Part shown: positions 12,850 through 25,830 of the stretch, piece by piece | Position numbering within the stretch: position 1 is the first letter of the stretch | How the letters are laid out: each line of letters begins with the position of its first letter | NCBI GenBank assembly: GCA_002633005.1 | Contig: NMRA01000073.1 | Coordinates: 334,150-398,149 of the forward strand | Source of the DNA: Phoronis australis | Lineage: Eukaryota; Animalia; Phoronida | Length of the DNA: 64,000 nt | Direction: 5' to 3' | Notes under the pieces: model-generated | Told to the model about the DNA's origin: nothing | The model's input: the letters and a program-made list of their open reading frames with translations, nothing else | Databases searched by the model: none | Position numbers and translations under genes: made by a program

Positions 12850-14097
12850 TATCTATTTACTAGAGAGGAAATTCTTGCTTTCAACCACAGTTTCTCTCTG
12901 ATAGACAGGGGAGCTGTCAGGGTGACCACGTCCGTTTAGTGTGATAGGCGGTCGATTAGCTGAGTTTTTGAGTGGATGAACTGGGTTTCCCGGACTGGTG
13001 AGCTGTGACCGTAGGTGTGGTTCTATGTACACGAGTACGACAGCCGTGTTGTTTCCACCGCAACAGCACTGTTGTTAAAGTTGAGAATGGAAGTAACTCA
13101 ACAATATACCAGTAACTTTCTCGTTTGTCCGAGTCTCCGTTTGTGTACCAGATATAAATAAGTTTGTGTTTTAATGCTTTTGTTTAGGGGGTGTCCACAA
13201 GACACTTACTTTTGAATTCTGCAAGTCTTTTGGCCTACTTCTTAAATCTTCAAAAACGCATTAAAAAGGTGGTACAACGTGCAGCTTTACACAATCATGC
13301 TTGGCAATTGTGTCAATACCTAATTGAACAGCCACAAAAAATGGTTGCACTTTTCCACAATCTCTTCCATAGTCAGCACGCAAACAAGTCTAAGCTTGTC
13401 CTTTACCGAGATGGGAAGCGTTTGCAGAGAACTGACTACTCATCATTGATTCCTTTAGACTATGCCTTGGCCAATACAAGGACGCGTCGAGACGAGCAAA
13501 TTTGTAGCGCATGCTCTCCAAATGTAACGAACTGTCAGTTTCTTCAAAACCCATAAGTCAAGTTTGATTAATGAACAATTTGAAAACATTTTCATTACGC
13601 TGAGACTGAGTGGTCTTCATGATTGCTGTGGGAGGCTGATTAGCACCCCATATCTGTTGCCAAAGGTTAATTGATGGTAACTGACCAATTGTTATGACTC
13701 TTACGTCGCTAAATCCCTGCCGATGATTCAATGAATCTATATAGCACATGGTACTCGACAATTTCGGTTCAGCGACACCACACGCCGAGTGTGTCAATAT
13801 GTGCCTGGGCTACAATAAATGAATCGGTGCGACAGTACGTGCATTGAACACCTGCATGTATTGTCGTATCGCAATGTGTTGACAAATAGGGTTTATGAGG
13901 CATAAGCGGATCCTGCAAATTGCGGGAAAGCCGAGAAGAAGGATGCGTCAAGTGTGAAGATCCAGTAGATGGTTGGTGATAACAACAATGACGCTTGTTT
14001 CCAGGTTCGTTTGCAGGAGCGTTGATTTTGCAAACATTAACATTTGGGATACTGAAAACTTGTTTTGTAAGTTCCCAACGTTCGGTAACCCCTTTAA

Positions 14098-14255
14098 AGC
14101 GACCACCCAAAAACAACCTATTTTGTATCAATTTAGATCGAGTAGTTCCACTCGATAACGGCAAGTTCAGTTAATTTACCTGACACATGAGGGCAGACGA
14201 AGGTGTTGAAATTAACCAATGACGTAATTGGTTCGAACACAGTGTGTTCAGCCGT
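14098..14255. mobile_element. Terminal fragment of a TTAA-flanked (Kolobok-like) family
   Basis: Similar to 27299-27460 and to the reverse complement of 23880-24041. Confidence 0.65.
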
Positions 14256-16501
14256 TCCCAACACGCTTACTGTTGTCAATTTATCTCTTGAATGCATGTT
14301 TTACGCCGCATTTCGGAAAAGTCTCTCGGGGGCTCATTAAGTCCTTATCAAATGAATCAATCTAATTGAAACTGCACGGTGCATTAGCCAGTGAGGCCTG
14401 CTATGCATAGCTAATGATGACCTTTGCTCCGAGCAGGGAACTACGTTCAAACTAAAGCCAGCATATCAAATTACACAAGTATTTTGACAATCTAACATTT
14501 TCACTTAAGCCGCAGACTCTGAATTGTCCAATCCTGTTAAAACTTAATTTTGACTACCGCAATTTTCCAATTTTTAAACCATTGCTTACAAGTTACAGTT
14601 CCTGGGAAACACGGACACTTTGTTTAAGTTTGAGTTTGCAAGTGGCACTAATTTTGAACGGATTAAAAATCTTAGAACTTGCCTATAATTTCGTACGCTA
14701 GCATTAAAATCCGACAAAGTCTTTTGAATCTCTGATGTAAACACAACAATTTTCGATTGATATAGAGCCCTCAATAATGGCTCATTCATACTGTTGTGAC
14801 ACTTGTAATAACAAGCGCGATTAAGCCCACGTATTGCCAGTTTGGAAAACACCATTGTTTCTTTTCCTTCAAAGTCTAGTGGTATGATTAGTCAGTGATA
14901 CAACATTTTAGCAATTTAGTCCTGAGAAAGTAGTGTTATTTAAAAATACTTTCAACACCTCCGTCATAAAAACCTTTAGATTTCGCTGCAATATTATTTA
15001 AAAATACTCGTTCCGCATGCCGCTTGATAAGAGACATTGAGATAATTCTGGTCATAGGTAATTTTACTATTAACACAAATGGACCATGTTTACTGCTTCA
15101 AAATATTCAATATATTAACATATCTCTTACCACTAGCAAAATCCGTGAGCTGTAAAAGTTGCAATGCAAAACAAACCGACGCTCGAAAATTAAGCAAACG
15201 AATACCGCAAATGAGACACTTGCAGGCGCTGCTTAAGTGCCTACCGTGCAGGCTATTATACTGTTAAAACGCCGAAATTTTAAACATGATCTGTCACTAT
15301 ACTGCAACAACGCAACCACACGGTGATATAGCGCTACTACTTCGTCATGATTATTGTAGCTAACACATTGGCAGCGCAGCACTAAAAAAGTGGGGAGCTA
15401 TTGCCCCCAGTTCCCTATGGTGCGCCGCCCATGTAACATCCATGCAGTAAAAATAAAATACCAGCAACTTCAATAAAATGCCTTATATATTAAGCCAGTA
15501 ACGATTATGCATACAACATCAGAAAATCAATTCTTTGAGTCTTCCCCAGATTTCAAAATTGTGTCCATAACTTATAACAAAAATATGTTAAGTAAATGCT
15601 ATGCACTATCTAGCAACAATACTGCTGCAGTATAAAGATACAGAGCAAAACAAACATGGATAAAATAGGAAAGGAATATCAGGAAATACAAACCACGAAC
15701 AATAGGGTACAACCATAATTAAAAGTTTATTTAGGGTATATGAACTGCTGGCTTCTATTCTAACCCTGGCTTCCATTATAAGCATGGCAGTATTTATGAG
15801 CAACAAGCTGAATTTCAGAGTTGTTAAAGCCTCAGTCTTATATGGTCTTTCGTACATGCGAAAAACTTGCTGATCGTGCAGCCATACAGCAAATGTTTCA
15901 AGTGACAAAATTTAAGAAATGGTTTAGGCTAGCTACCTGTCCACATCATGAATGAGCGTCAGTAAAAAATTCTGAGGATTCATCACGTGACACATCGTAC
16001 AGGCATAACGTTCTAAACACACGTTCACCAGTATTCAAAAGGAAATGAGAAACGCGGAAACTTCTGTACTACAGTGTAATAAAAAACCAACCAGTTCATC
16101 TCCGACACAAGTAAAAACATTAGTTTACGATATCATACAGCAAAAGCACATTTATTCATAGCCACTAATCGCTTTTTACCGGATCGTAAATCCACTCAGT
16201 AGGTGCACAGATAATTCTAAATGAACACAGTACAGTGTAATCTACAAACTATTGTTCATCAACAGCAACGTGCGCTCATCAGTCATCCTCTAAAACGAAG
16301 TATGTTTTACAAACCAATCGCATGACAACCGCTGCAAGTTTTACCATAATTCTCAATCTAACACAATCCAGTGCAATAATGTTAATTAAAAGACTAAACA
16401 TCACAGGGAAATAAAAAATAAAAATCGAACCCCTATTCACCTCTTTCACGAACGAGGGGCGCTGCTGTCGTATTGATCGAAATCGAGGCGCATTGACAAA
16501 C

Positions 16502-18894
16502 ATGGCATCGTCCTGCAAGGTGGTGTGGTCAAAAGACTTATCAACGTTACCAAAAATCAAGCTGTCTGATGTTGAATCGATCTCCAAAAAACATACCAAT
16601 ACGCACAAGAGCTCCCTTCAAAGAGGTTATCGTTTCTTTTATGGTTCGTATGTCCGTGATATCGGAGGTAAGCGTAATTTCGATGTATATGTTGCCTGTT
16701 CGTGTGACGACTAGTACTAAATTAAGCAAGAGTAGTTGAGCCCATTTAATTATTTTTGTATCGTCTTTTAAAATTTAAAAATAGTTAAATATTATTTGAA
16801 ACCGTAATTATTTTCTTGATTGACCCAATGTTTACTCGCCATTTCTATGAGATTCGTCTCTTGGGCCTACCGATTCTGTTGACTGGTCTTGGGAGAGACT
16901 CGGGCTCTCAGCAAGTTAGTGTCAGCGTGACAGTGCCTAAGCCTCTCTAAGGCAAACGATTTATGAGTCAGAATTTAGATTTCTACTAGATTGACCCTCT
17001 AATTTTCAGTTACAAGGTCAGGCCAAGAGTTAACATTATCACCTTGGTCTGAGAGTTATTGAGGCAGGCCTATCAACGGGCCACAATTAGGTTTACCAAT
17101 ACCAGGTACTCAAGTAGTCGATAAGGAACTAAGGCTGAGCCTTTGCCCGCAACAAGTTTTACTCTTTCTGTACTTGTGAAAATGATGATGTGAAAGGTTC
17201 CTAAAGTGTACCATTTTCAATAACGATTGATTTCTTGTTTCAGTACAAAATGATCTTGCTCTGTCTCATCACAGTGTTCGAGCAAAATGTTTTCAAAGTC
17301 AGAAGAAGTCTGGAACACCTCATTCTCTTCTAGTAATTATTACACGTGTTATCTTTTATGTTGTTAGTATACTGCTGCTTTACTTCTAAAACTAGTTTGC
17401 GTAATTTACTGGAGTGTTGAAGAAAAGTTTTTCAGGGTCTTGCTGATGCTGTATTTATGACGTGTTTGTACAATTTGTGGTAAATGCCGGATTACTAGTA
17501 AGATTTTCAGAGCTCCTAGGCTATAAAAAGTCTATTGGCCGTAGCAACTTAACCTGTAACATCGTGACAAATTATTCACCTTATCCCCCTTACCCACAAA
17601 CTATTGTAACATAATTTTTAATTTTCGCTTTTCAGATTGGTTTCACCAATGAGTGGGAGATAGCATCACACACTTGTACTTGCAAAGCTGGAAAAGGATT
17701 CTGTCAACATAAAGTGGCACTCCTGTACCAACTGAGCCACTTTCAACAACTCCAGATCAACAAGGTGCCTGAAACAGTTTCATCCACATCTACCCCTCAA
17801 CATTGGCACGTCCCCCCACGAACACATGGTTTTGCTACCCGCCCTGTGACGGATGTGACGGTTATAAAACCAGTTATCCCTTCTGCTGTAGATCCACTCC
17901 CCAAGAAAGGCCGTTATGAAGATGGAGTCCGAGCAAACGTGTGGAACCCAATGCCAGTGCCACTCAGTGATGTTCAGCACAAAGTTAAGCAACTATTGCC
18001 TGCATTTAATTTACAATCTGCACCACCACAATGGGTGCACCTGTGGAGTCTAATGGAGGACGTGACCTTGGTAGATAGTAAATTTGGTCAAGTACCAAAG
18101 GGGCCTATGCTATCTTATCAGGAGAAGCCTGATCAAATTTGTGTTTTATTTGGACCAGAGAACCCTCCTGCCTTCAATTTGCCTGCGTTAACATTACATT
18201 TTGATCCGCATTCACTTCCTGGTGATCAACAAGTAATCTACCGATCGAAAGAAACATCTTTAATGGAATCACAACAGTATGAAAAAGTCACCAGAGCACA
18301 AAATAAATGCCAAGAGTGGTGTCAGTTGAGAAGGCATCGGATATCGGCTTCCAATTTCAAGGCCATAACGTCAAGGAGAGGCCGCTTTGAAGCTCTTGCT
18401 GTGGACCTGTTAAAGAAAAAGACTGTTGTCACAGAGGCGATGTAGTTTGGCATTGACAATGAAGCTGTTGCTGCTGCTAAATATGCATCAGTTTTGGCCG
18501 TGACATACATGAAGTCGGTTTCATAATAAACCCATCAGTCCCTCATTTAGGATGCAGTTCAGACAGGCGCGTCTACGACCCCGACTCTAATCCCAAATGG
18601 GGACTGCTTGAAATAAAGTGTACGAAAAAAGACAGCGTGACGGAGGTAGATTATTTTAAAGCAGGAGAAAATGGTTTAGAACTAAGAACAAGTCACAAGT
18701 ACTACGAACAATATATCGGTCAACTTGGTATTACTGGTGAAACATGGTGCGACTTCTACGCCTTAGCAAGAAATGACTTTCACTTAGAACGTGTATATTT
18801 TGACGAGGCATTTTTTAATGCTATGCAGGTTAAGTTAGATAATTTTTATGCCAGGTATTTTCTACCAGCTGTTGTTGATAAAGGTGTTGTCTAG
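16502..18894 (+). pseudogene. Spliced SWIM zinc finger + YqaJ/lambda-exonuclease-like PD-(D/E)XK nuclease pseudogene (transposon accessory ORF, ISL2EU- or KolobokE-like)
   Basis: Exons 16502-16667, 17244-17332 and 17636-18894. SWIM motif CTCKAGKGFCQH; YqaJ motifs EWCQLRRHRISASNF, LGCSSD, LLEIKC, HKYYEQYIGQLGITGETWCDF. Stop at 18443-18445 and frameshift near 18510. Confidence 0.85.
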
Positions 18895-20660
18895 ACGAAT
18901 TTTTGTACAATGGAGCTCAATTTGTACAGCTAGCGTAGCAACAAAGTCTTTTTGATTTCACTGGGAATACACTTTATTTAAGCAGTCGCCATTTCAAAGG
19001 TGAGCCTCTTTTTAGGTTTTGAAACTGATGGGTTCTGCACTTAATCACAGTCCAAAGCATGAAGTTTTTCGCAAGCGTCATTGATATTTATGTCTTGGGC
19101 GCGACGACGTAGAGGGTCGACGTTCAAAAATAAAGCGCTCTCGAAACGACACTATGTAAAATTTACTAAAAGGGGTTTGTGAAGGCAAAGGAAACGACAC
19201 CATAAACGACGACGCCCACGACACTGATGACAATGCGGAGGAGGTCACCAACACTGTCGAAACTCCCACAATGCTGTAACCAGAAGCATCAACCATAGCA
19301 TTGACGAAAACTATGACACCGCTGACGATGGCACTGATGCACTGAAAATAGTGACCACGTACCTGGCACGAACCCACGGCCAAACCCACCATGCCAAAAA
19401 CGGCAAAGCCACTGTCACTCATGACACGACAAGACGCCTATGACAACGATGACACCACCTAATCCACAGATGACACTGAAAACGACAAGATCATCTTTGT
19501 CGTCGTCACTACCTTCTTCATCTTCATAAAACGGTATTGGCAAAACTTACAAACACTCCAGTCACGAGGATCAATCAAAAAGAAAGCCAGGAACTGTCAG
19601 TCAATAAGCTACGGTCACCAGAAAACTCGGAATAACCCAAGAATGATAAGAGGTGAGAGGTGGATAATAAATGTCCATTAGCGCTTGACAAGATCTGTTT
19701 GTATGCTGTTTAAGGAATCCCTCAAATGACCCTGACAGCGCAAAAGCTCTGCAAATCAAAAATTTACAGCAGTGCCTATTACAGCGGCATCTTTTGCCTA
19801 AGTTCACTCACAAGCCTCGAAATATTGTTAAGATATGCTGTGTGTAAATTCCATGCCTATCGGTCGAGGAAATGGTAGGAAAGTCTGAAACCCATTTTGC
19901 TACTGAACCCTAACGACAAAGGAAGAGAAATCTGAGAAACCCACGAGCGTCAGACCTTAGTCATCCGTAAATTTTGATTATATCGCGTCCCAAAAGTCGA
20001 AGTAAGAAACGGATGATATAAATCTGATATTTCTTCACGAGATCTATTCACATACCAAGAGAGATCCTACAAAGGACGCTGGAACAATACCACGAAGACT
20101 CAACTGCTAAAAACAGAAGACTCTCACAGAATATTCTCACTCGACTCAAGGTTACGTTATATCGCGAAACGGATGACAAAGGTGACTTAGCGCTTGATTT
20201 AAATCTCTCGTTATACCAAATTTCTGAAGAGTACTGCAAATGACAAAGTGGCTAGAGCTCCTTGAAGCGAAAACTCTAAAAATGATTGTCGCAGGTCCAC
20301 AACAATATGCCTCGAGCTATTAAGAAGTCAGTAGTGTAAATTGGTTCACGTCCATAGGAGAAGAAATGTAGCTTGCATCGTGCAGACAAAAAACAAAGAA
20401 GCAAAAAAGCGAGCAAACTCAGTTCACGTCGAGTTACATAGTTGGCGACTTTTATTTTACCAAAGGAGAGGATGTGGTCCAAAAGTGTGTCATACGCAGT
20501 CTGAACAAATGTTCTACATCACCTACATTAACAAATCACCATGTGATGAACCTTTATAGTTGATATCTAAAGTCTGGCATAATCACACTCAACTGTCGTG
20601 TTCTGTTCAACCCAGATATCTGATGGACCACCAATTACAGGAATCTGAATCTAATTCGAA

Positions 20661-20661
20661 G

Positions 20662-20695
<34 letters not shown>

Positions 20696-20912
20696 NNNNN
20701 NNNNNNNNNNNNNNNNNNNNNNNNNNNNNNNNNNNNNNNNNNNNNNNNNNNNNNNNNNNNNNNNNNNNNNNNNNNNNNNNNNNNNNNNNNNNNNNNNNNN
20801 NNNNNNNNNNNNNNNNNNNNNNNNNNNNNNNNNNNNNNNNNNNNNNNNNNNNNNNNNNNNNNNNNNNNNNNNNNNNNNNNNNNNNGAGAGGGAGAGAGAG
20901 AGGGAGAGAGAG
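20661..20912. repeat. (GA)n microsatellite spanning assembly gap 20696-20885
   Basis: GA repeats on both sides of the N run. Confidence 0.9.
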
Positions 20913-21714
20913 ATGTTACGTTGTGTGTAACCCCCCTCCCTCTGTCTAAAATCGTTTTCTTTCTAAACCGCTCCCTCCTCAGGTGATAACGTAAGACATG
21001 TATCCTATACATCACATGGATTTTTCGAAGAACATTTCGATCTCACTGCTTCAACGTTGCTGACCGCCACTCCCCTGCAGGCAGTCTCGCTGCATACAGC
21101 TTAGACACCTTCAAATTTAACTCGGCGAATTTCTTGTCAAAGCCCCAGTGGTTACGTGAGTCACAAAAAGTAATGCATGCACAACGTTTGTTTGGCAATA
21201 CGCCTATAGAGTAGCCAAAGAAACAACACTGTTCACGCGATTCCGATTTCCAATGCGAACCCTTCGTGTTATTGACGTGACGCCAGCCTCTTGAGCAAAC
21301 TTGTAAATGTAGCTGAATCGTTCTTTCAATATCCACACGCAACAACTTTGCTTCGAGGGTTAAGCGCATAATCTGTCTCGAAATATTTATTTACAGCATG
21401 GATCATGGACAACTGAGTGACTAACCGTAATCCACATTATCATTAGGTGGCCATATATAGCGTCTCGCTCACAATACGCATAAGTCCGCTTATTCGAAGG
21501 CACCTTAGCGTCAAATGAGTGTAAGGTTACCTTAAGCCGCTTTGAAAAGTTTTCCAAGTTAATGAGGTCTCGAGCTCACATTAGCACCACATTATCCGTG
21601 AAGTGTTGGATAAAACAGTCGCGATGTGCGAGTACTTGTAAAGAATATGTACTTAGATGTATTGTTGAATCTGTCATTGTTTTCATGGGTATTATGAATG
21701 TTATTGTAGATTTA

Positions 21715-21900
21715 ATTATTATTACTATTACTAGTATTATTATTAGTAGTAGGAGTAGCAGTAGCAGTTTATTATTGATGATATTATTGAGTCTATTATT
21801 ATCAATTTTTCTTTAACTTTCAAAGATATTGGTATTACAATTACCATTATTGTTATCATAATTATTAATAATATAACTATAACAATAACAATATTTTATC
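21715..21900. repeat. Low-complexity (ATT/AAT/AGT)n tract
   Basis: Degenerate trinucleotide repeats. Confidence 0.7.
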
Positions 21901-23087
21901 ACCATGTATGGGAACCCCATGCGTATGCATCCAAAATAATCCATTTCCAAGAACTTCAAGAGTCAAATGCAGTAACGTTACACTGTTACCGAAAAAACAA
22001 CATCTCATTTAGGGCATGCCACTACATGTGAAGCTAATTGCCAACCTTATCGGGGAATGAGTAGCTAGTAAAGATGTGTCACATGTAGAAATGCAATGGG
22101 TTCTCATTACCACTTTATGAATAGGCATTGGATTTTGTAGGGTAGAAATATGTTCGCGGCGTTTCAATTGCATCTATACTAACTGTGGAACCGATACCCA
22201 TTAGAGATTATCCATTATTAATTGCAGCTTCAGTGTTACGCAATTTAAGCACAAGCTCCACACATTTTTTTTCTTTTTAAGCTGCTCACAAGCCACCTAA
22301 TACCATTTATCTTTTAACAAATGAGACTTCTGTTCATACCTAACACGAAAATACTTAGTAATCGATAACCTCTTCAGTTGTCGGCCAAAGCACACTTTGT
22401 TTAAAATGACACACAGTTTTGGTTTTTAGCAATGTTGGTCGAAATGGGTGATAGCTCTGTGCACGATTAAATTGTTTCCTGGGTGAATAGAACGTGATGT
22501 CACAAGAGATGAACTGCTTTCCTAGGATTCTCTTCTGCCTACTGGGTAAGGGATGCACATTCAAAATCCGGACCAATGCAAAACTAGTTTGATCGGGAAG
22601 TGTGGATACCCGAAAAAATACCAGATAATGAAATAGCTCGTTTCTTTTGCTTCCCCATCCAAAGAGATATCAAGAAGTCGATCGGAAATACAATAAATGA
22701 TAGGGCAAAACACCCATTTGCAACAACCCCTCCTATGGGACATCCTCGGGTTTACAGTTTTAAAAATGTAATGATAAATTCATTTGAGTAATGTTTTTCA
22801 ATGTGCTGCCAGCATCTCTGTTAAAAAATGCATAGTGCTTCCTAAAAATAGGATGTCAGTTATTTGACGAATAGAACTGATCAACGAACAATCCATGCTG
22901 ATGTCGTGCATCATTTTTGTCATTGGTTCTTGTGTTTCCTTTTTACTTATCACGCTATTCATAGGTAGCAGTACATCTTTCACCGCTCTGATTGGGTTTC
23001 TTTAGCAATCCGGTTCTTTCCAGTGGTTACAATATGATTTGCATAGATGAATAGGAGCTTGAGCGGCTGGCTATTATTACGTATTAA

Positions 23088-24041
23088 AGTAGAATGCCAC
23101 CCGATTTAATTATAGTCTTTTTACTGTCTTAATCGGTCTATAACCACATTGCCTGGCTCACGGTCAACCTTACCTTGCCGAGTGGTGTCGCGTTAACCTG
23201 TGAGGAAGGTGACAAACGACGCAGCGACGTCAGTGGTTCATTTGCAGAGTGAATGCCGCTATGTTGCAGTGCACCGTTCCCGCCTGTCCGAACTATGCAG
23301 CTGCGAGGAAAGCGGGTACGTCCTTTTTCAACTTCCTCGAGAGTCCGAAATGTTTAGGAGGTGGCTCGCGGTAGTGAAAAATGAAAAGTACGCTGTTAAT
23401 AGCAAATAATACGAGGCCTTGAGACATCTCCGTGTCTGTGGCCGGCAGTCGTCGACAGTGAGTCTGACGAATGCCGGCTTCCCAAAGAACTATCCAAACG
23501 TTCCGTTGTCTGTGCATGTTCACGGCGACTCTCTAGTATTTCTTGATCACTGTATTCCGGTTTGAACTGAGAGCCTGTGAAACTTAACGATCCACCTGCG
23601 AAGTCTTCATATATCTAGGCTTTCCTGTCTGTCTTTCACGGAAGAATGCTTCGAATTTATTTCCGAACAGACCCCAAACTCCTGCTACAGTCCTTGGTAA
23701 TATGGCCTGCCGAACTACGGTGTGTCCAATTACCAATAAATCCGTAACAGCTAAATAAAACAACAAATTTTTATAATAACTCGGTCTATTTTAAGGATTT
23801 TACATCAAAATTTGATGATTCATTTGTGTTAAACGTTGAATTCAAACGATAAGCTGACACCAGTAACCCATGTTGTGAACTGTTGAACAGACTGCGTGTG
23901 AAACCAATGACGTCATTGGGTACTTTCAACCCCTCCGTCTGCCGTCAGGTGTCGGGTAACGCAACCGAACATGCTGTTATCAAGTAGAACTACTCGATCT
24001 AAATTGATACAAAATAGGTTATTTTTTGGTGGCATGCTCCT
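23088..24041 (+). mobile_element. Non-autonomous Kolobok-like DNA transposon with a THAP-domain remnant
   Basis: TTAA|AGTAGAATGCCACC ... GGTGGCATGCTCCT|TTAA. A decayed THAP starts at 23253 (MPLCCSAP..CPNY..FFNF..RRWLAVVK..LRVCGR). Confidence 0.75.
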
Positions 24042-24053
24042 TTAACCTCTGTA

Positions 24054-24613
24054 TGTAACATGGGTTTTTGGTGAGTGGTGTCTCACGAGATTAGCGGCAT
24101 GGTGTTGACGAGATCTGTAGCGCGAATCATGAGTTTTCCTCAGATGCTGGAATTTTTAGACTGAGTACTGAGTTTCGGCCAAACTGTTGTAAGTACTGCG
24201 TTTTGCAGCATAGCATGTTGTACTCAGTCGTACTAGAAGAGCTTAGAGCGTATATAGTTGTTGTTTAACGTATAGTTTCATTCCACTGCTTGTTGGGCGT
24301 AAATGTTGCGCGGTACCCAGTTCATGGAATGAGTTACGGGTCGTAGTTAGGCAGTTGTTTGTGTATGGTAATGGTTCCCAGTTGTAGAGTAGATAGAACA
24401 GGCCGTCTCTCGAGATGAGCAGTAATATCATATACCTCTAGGTGTCGCTGGCGCATTGGGTAGTTCCGGTCATGAAACGATCCACTGGCAAATATTCAAT
24501 GTAGTGTGGGCTTCACGTCCGGCTTGTTGTTAAAAATTTGCTGATGTGTACATTCTGTATTAAGTTGTGAGTGCCCTTGTTGTATTAAATAAAGTATATG
24601 TGGAAATCTGACA
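24054..24613 (+). mobile_element. Possible solo or truncated LTR
   Basis: Starts TGTAAC, contains TATA-like and AATAAA signals, ends in CA; no TSD found. Confidence 0.3.
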
Positions 24614-24619
24614 ATAGTA

Positions 24620-25830
24620 AAACCATGAGTGAAGAAGAGGTTATCCAGGAAACCAAAACGTTTTATGCAAATCTTACAATTCTGCTTTAGAGACTCTTCT
24701 TGATAAGGTTTGTGTCACCAAACTGAACGAGTCAGAAAAAATAAAAAATTAGAAGGTCTTCTTACATACATTTTGTATGAACAAGTCACACAGTGCTTGA
24801 AAAAAGTGAAAAACAACAAGAACCCAGGGTCTGACGGTTTTCCAGTGTAATTTTTTTTTTTTCGGCTGACATTGGACATTTCGTTGTTCGCTCACTTAAT
24901 ACTCGTTTTGCAGTGGGCCAGTTATTATCAACACAGAAAGAGGGAGTTATTACCTGCATTCCTAGAGAGCAGATAAAAGTAAACATTATTTGAAAAACTA
25001 GAGATCCATATCCTTACTCAATGTGACATATAAATTAACTTATACGGCTGTGGCTGAACGGTCGAAACCCGTTTTGGGAAAACCAATCAGTAAGGACCAG
25101 ACAGGTTTCGTTTCAGGAAGAAATATGAACGAAAATATCCGTGTGCAATGTGATTTAATGTTTTATGCCCAGGCAGCTAACAAACCTGGATTGCCTTTAC
25201 TGATTGATTTTGAGAAAGCATTTGATTCATTGTCGTAGATGGTTCCAATTTAGAATACTACACAGGGTTATTGCAACAAATATCTTTTTAGTCAAAGCCT
25301 GTGTTCGGGATTCTAATTTATGTTCCTTTTGTAATAAAGCTCCAGAGACGCTGTCACACCATTTTTGGGAATGTCGCACTGTGTAAGATTACTGTAAGGA
25401 GTTCGGACAGCTAATGCAAAAGTGTCGCATTCAGCTTCCAAACAGTCTCTCTTACGATCGAGTTATTCTTGGACTTTACGAAACGCATGGTTTTCTTTTT
25501 AACATTTTGCTTCTAATAGCCAAACAGGATATTTACAAGGAGAATTGTCACAAAAATATACCTAATTTTCACAGGTTTATTACATATACTTATGAGTACT
25601 ACAATGCTGAAAAATTAATTACATACAAAAACTTTGTATATGACAGCTTCTCTGCGAAATGGAAAAATTTCGTTGTTCACGTTAACTACACGTAGAAGTC
25701 ATTTCGTTTAAACAAGATACGAGAATGGCCTTTCCTGAGGTGTGCATGTGTGAATGAATGGATGCACTTATTTGTTTGTTTGTTTTTCTACTGCTTTATA
25801 AAAGATAACAAATTCTTAAAAACAATAAAT
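24620..25830 (+). mobile_element. Degenerate L1/Tx1-type LINE ORF2 with an internal deletion
   Basis: KNPGSDG, SISLLNVTYK, DQTGFVSGR and IDFEKAFDS join directly to the zf-RVT region WFQFRILHR..CSFCNKAPETLSHHFWEC; many stops and frameshifts. Confidence 0.88.

Noticed and set aside
12899-13199. Solo LTR
   Set aside because: TG..CA ends can be chosen, but there is no convincing TSD or second copy.
20560-21015. ORFs with ER/SL repeats
   Set aside because: Translation of the (GA)n microsatellite and gap.
22330-23060. Minus-strand decayed coding region
   Set aside because: Several short ORFs but no recognisable motif.
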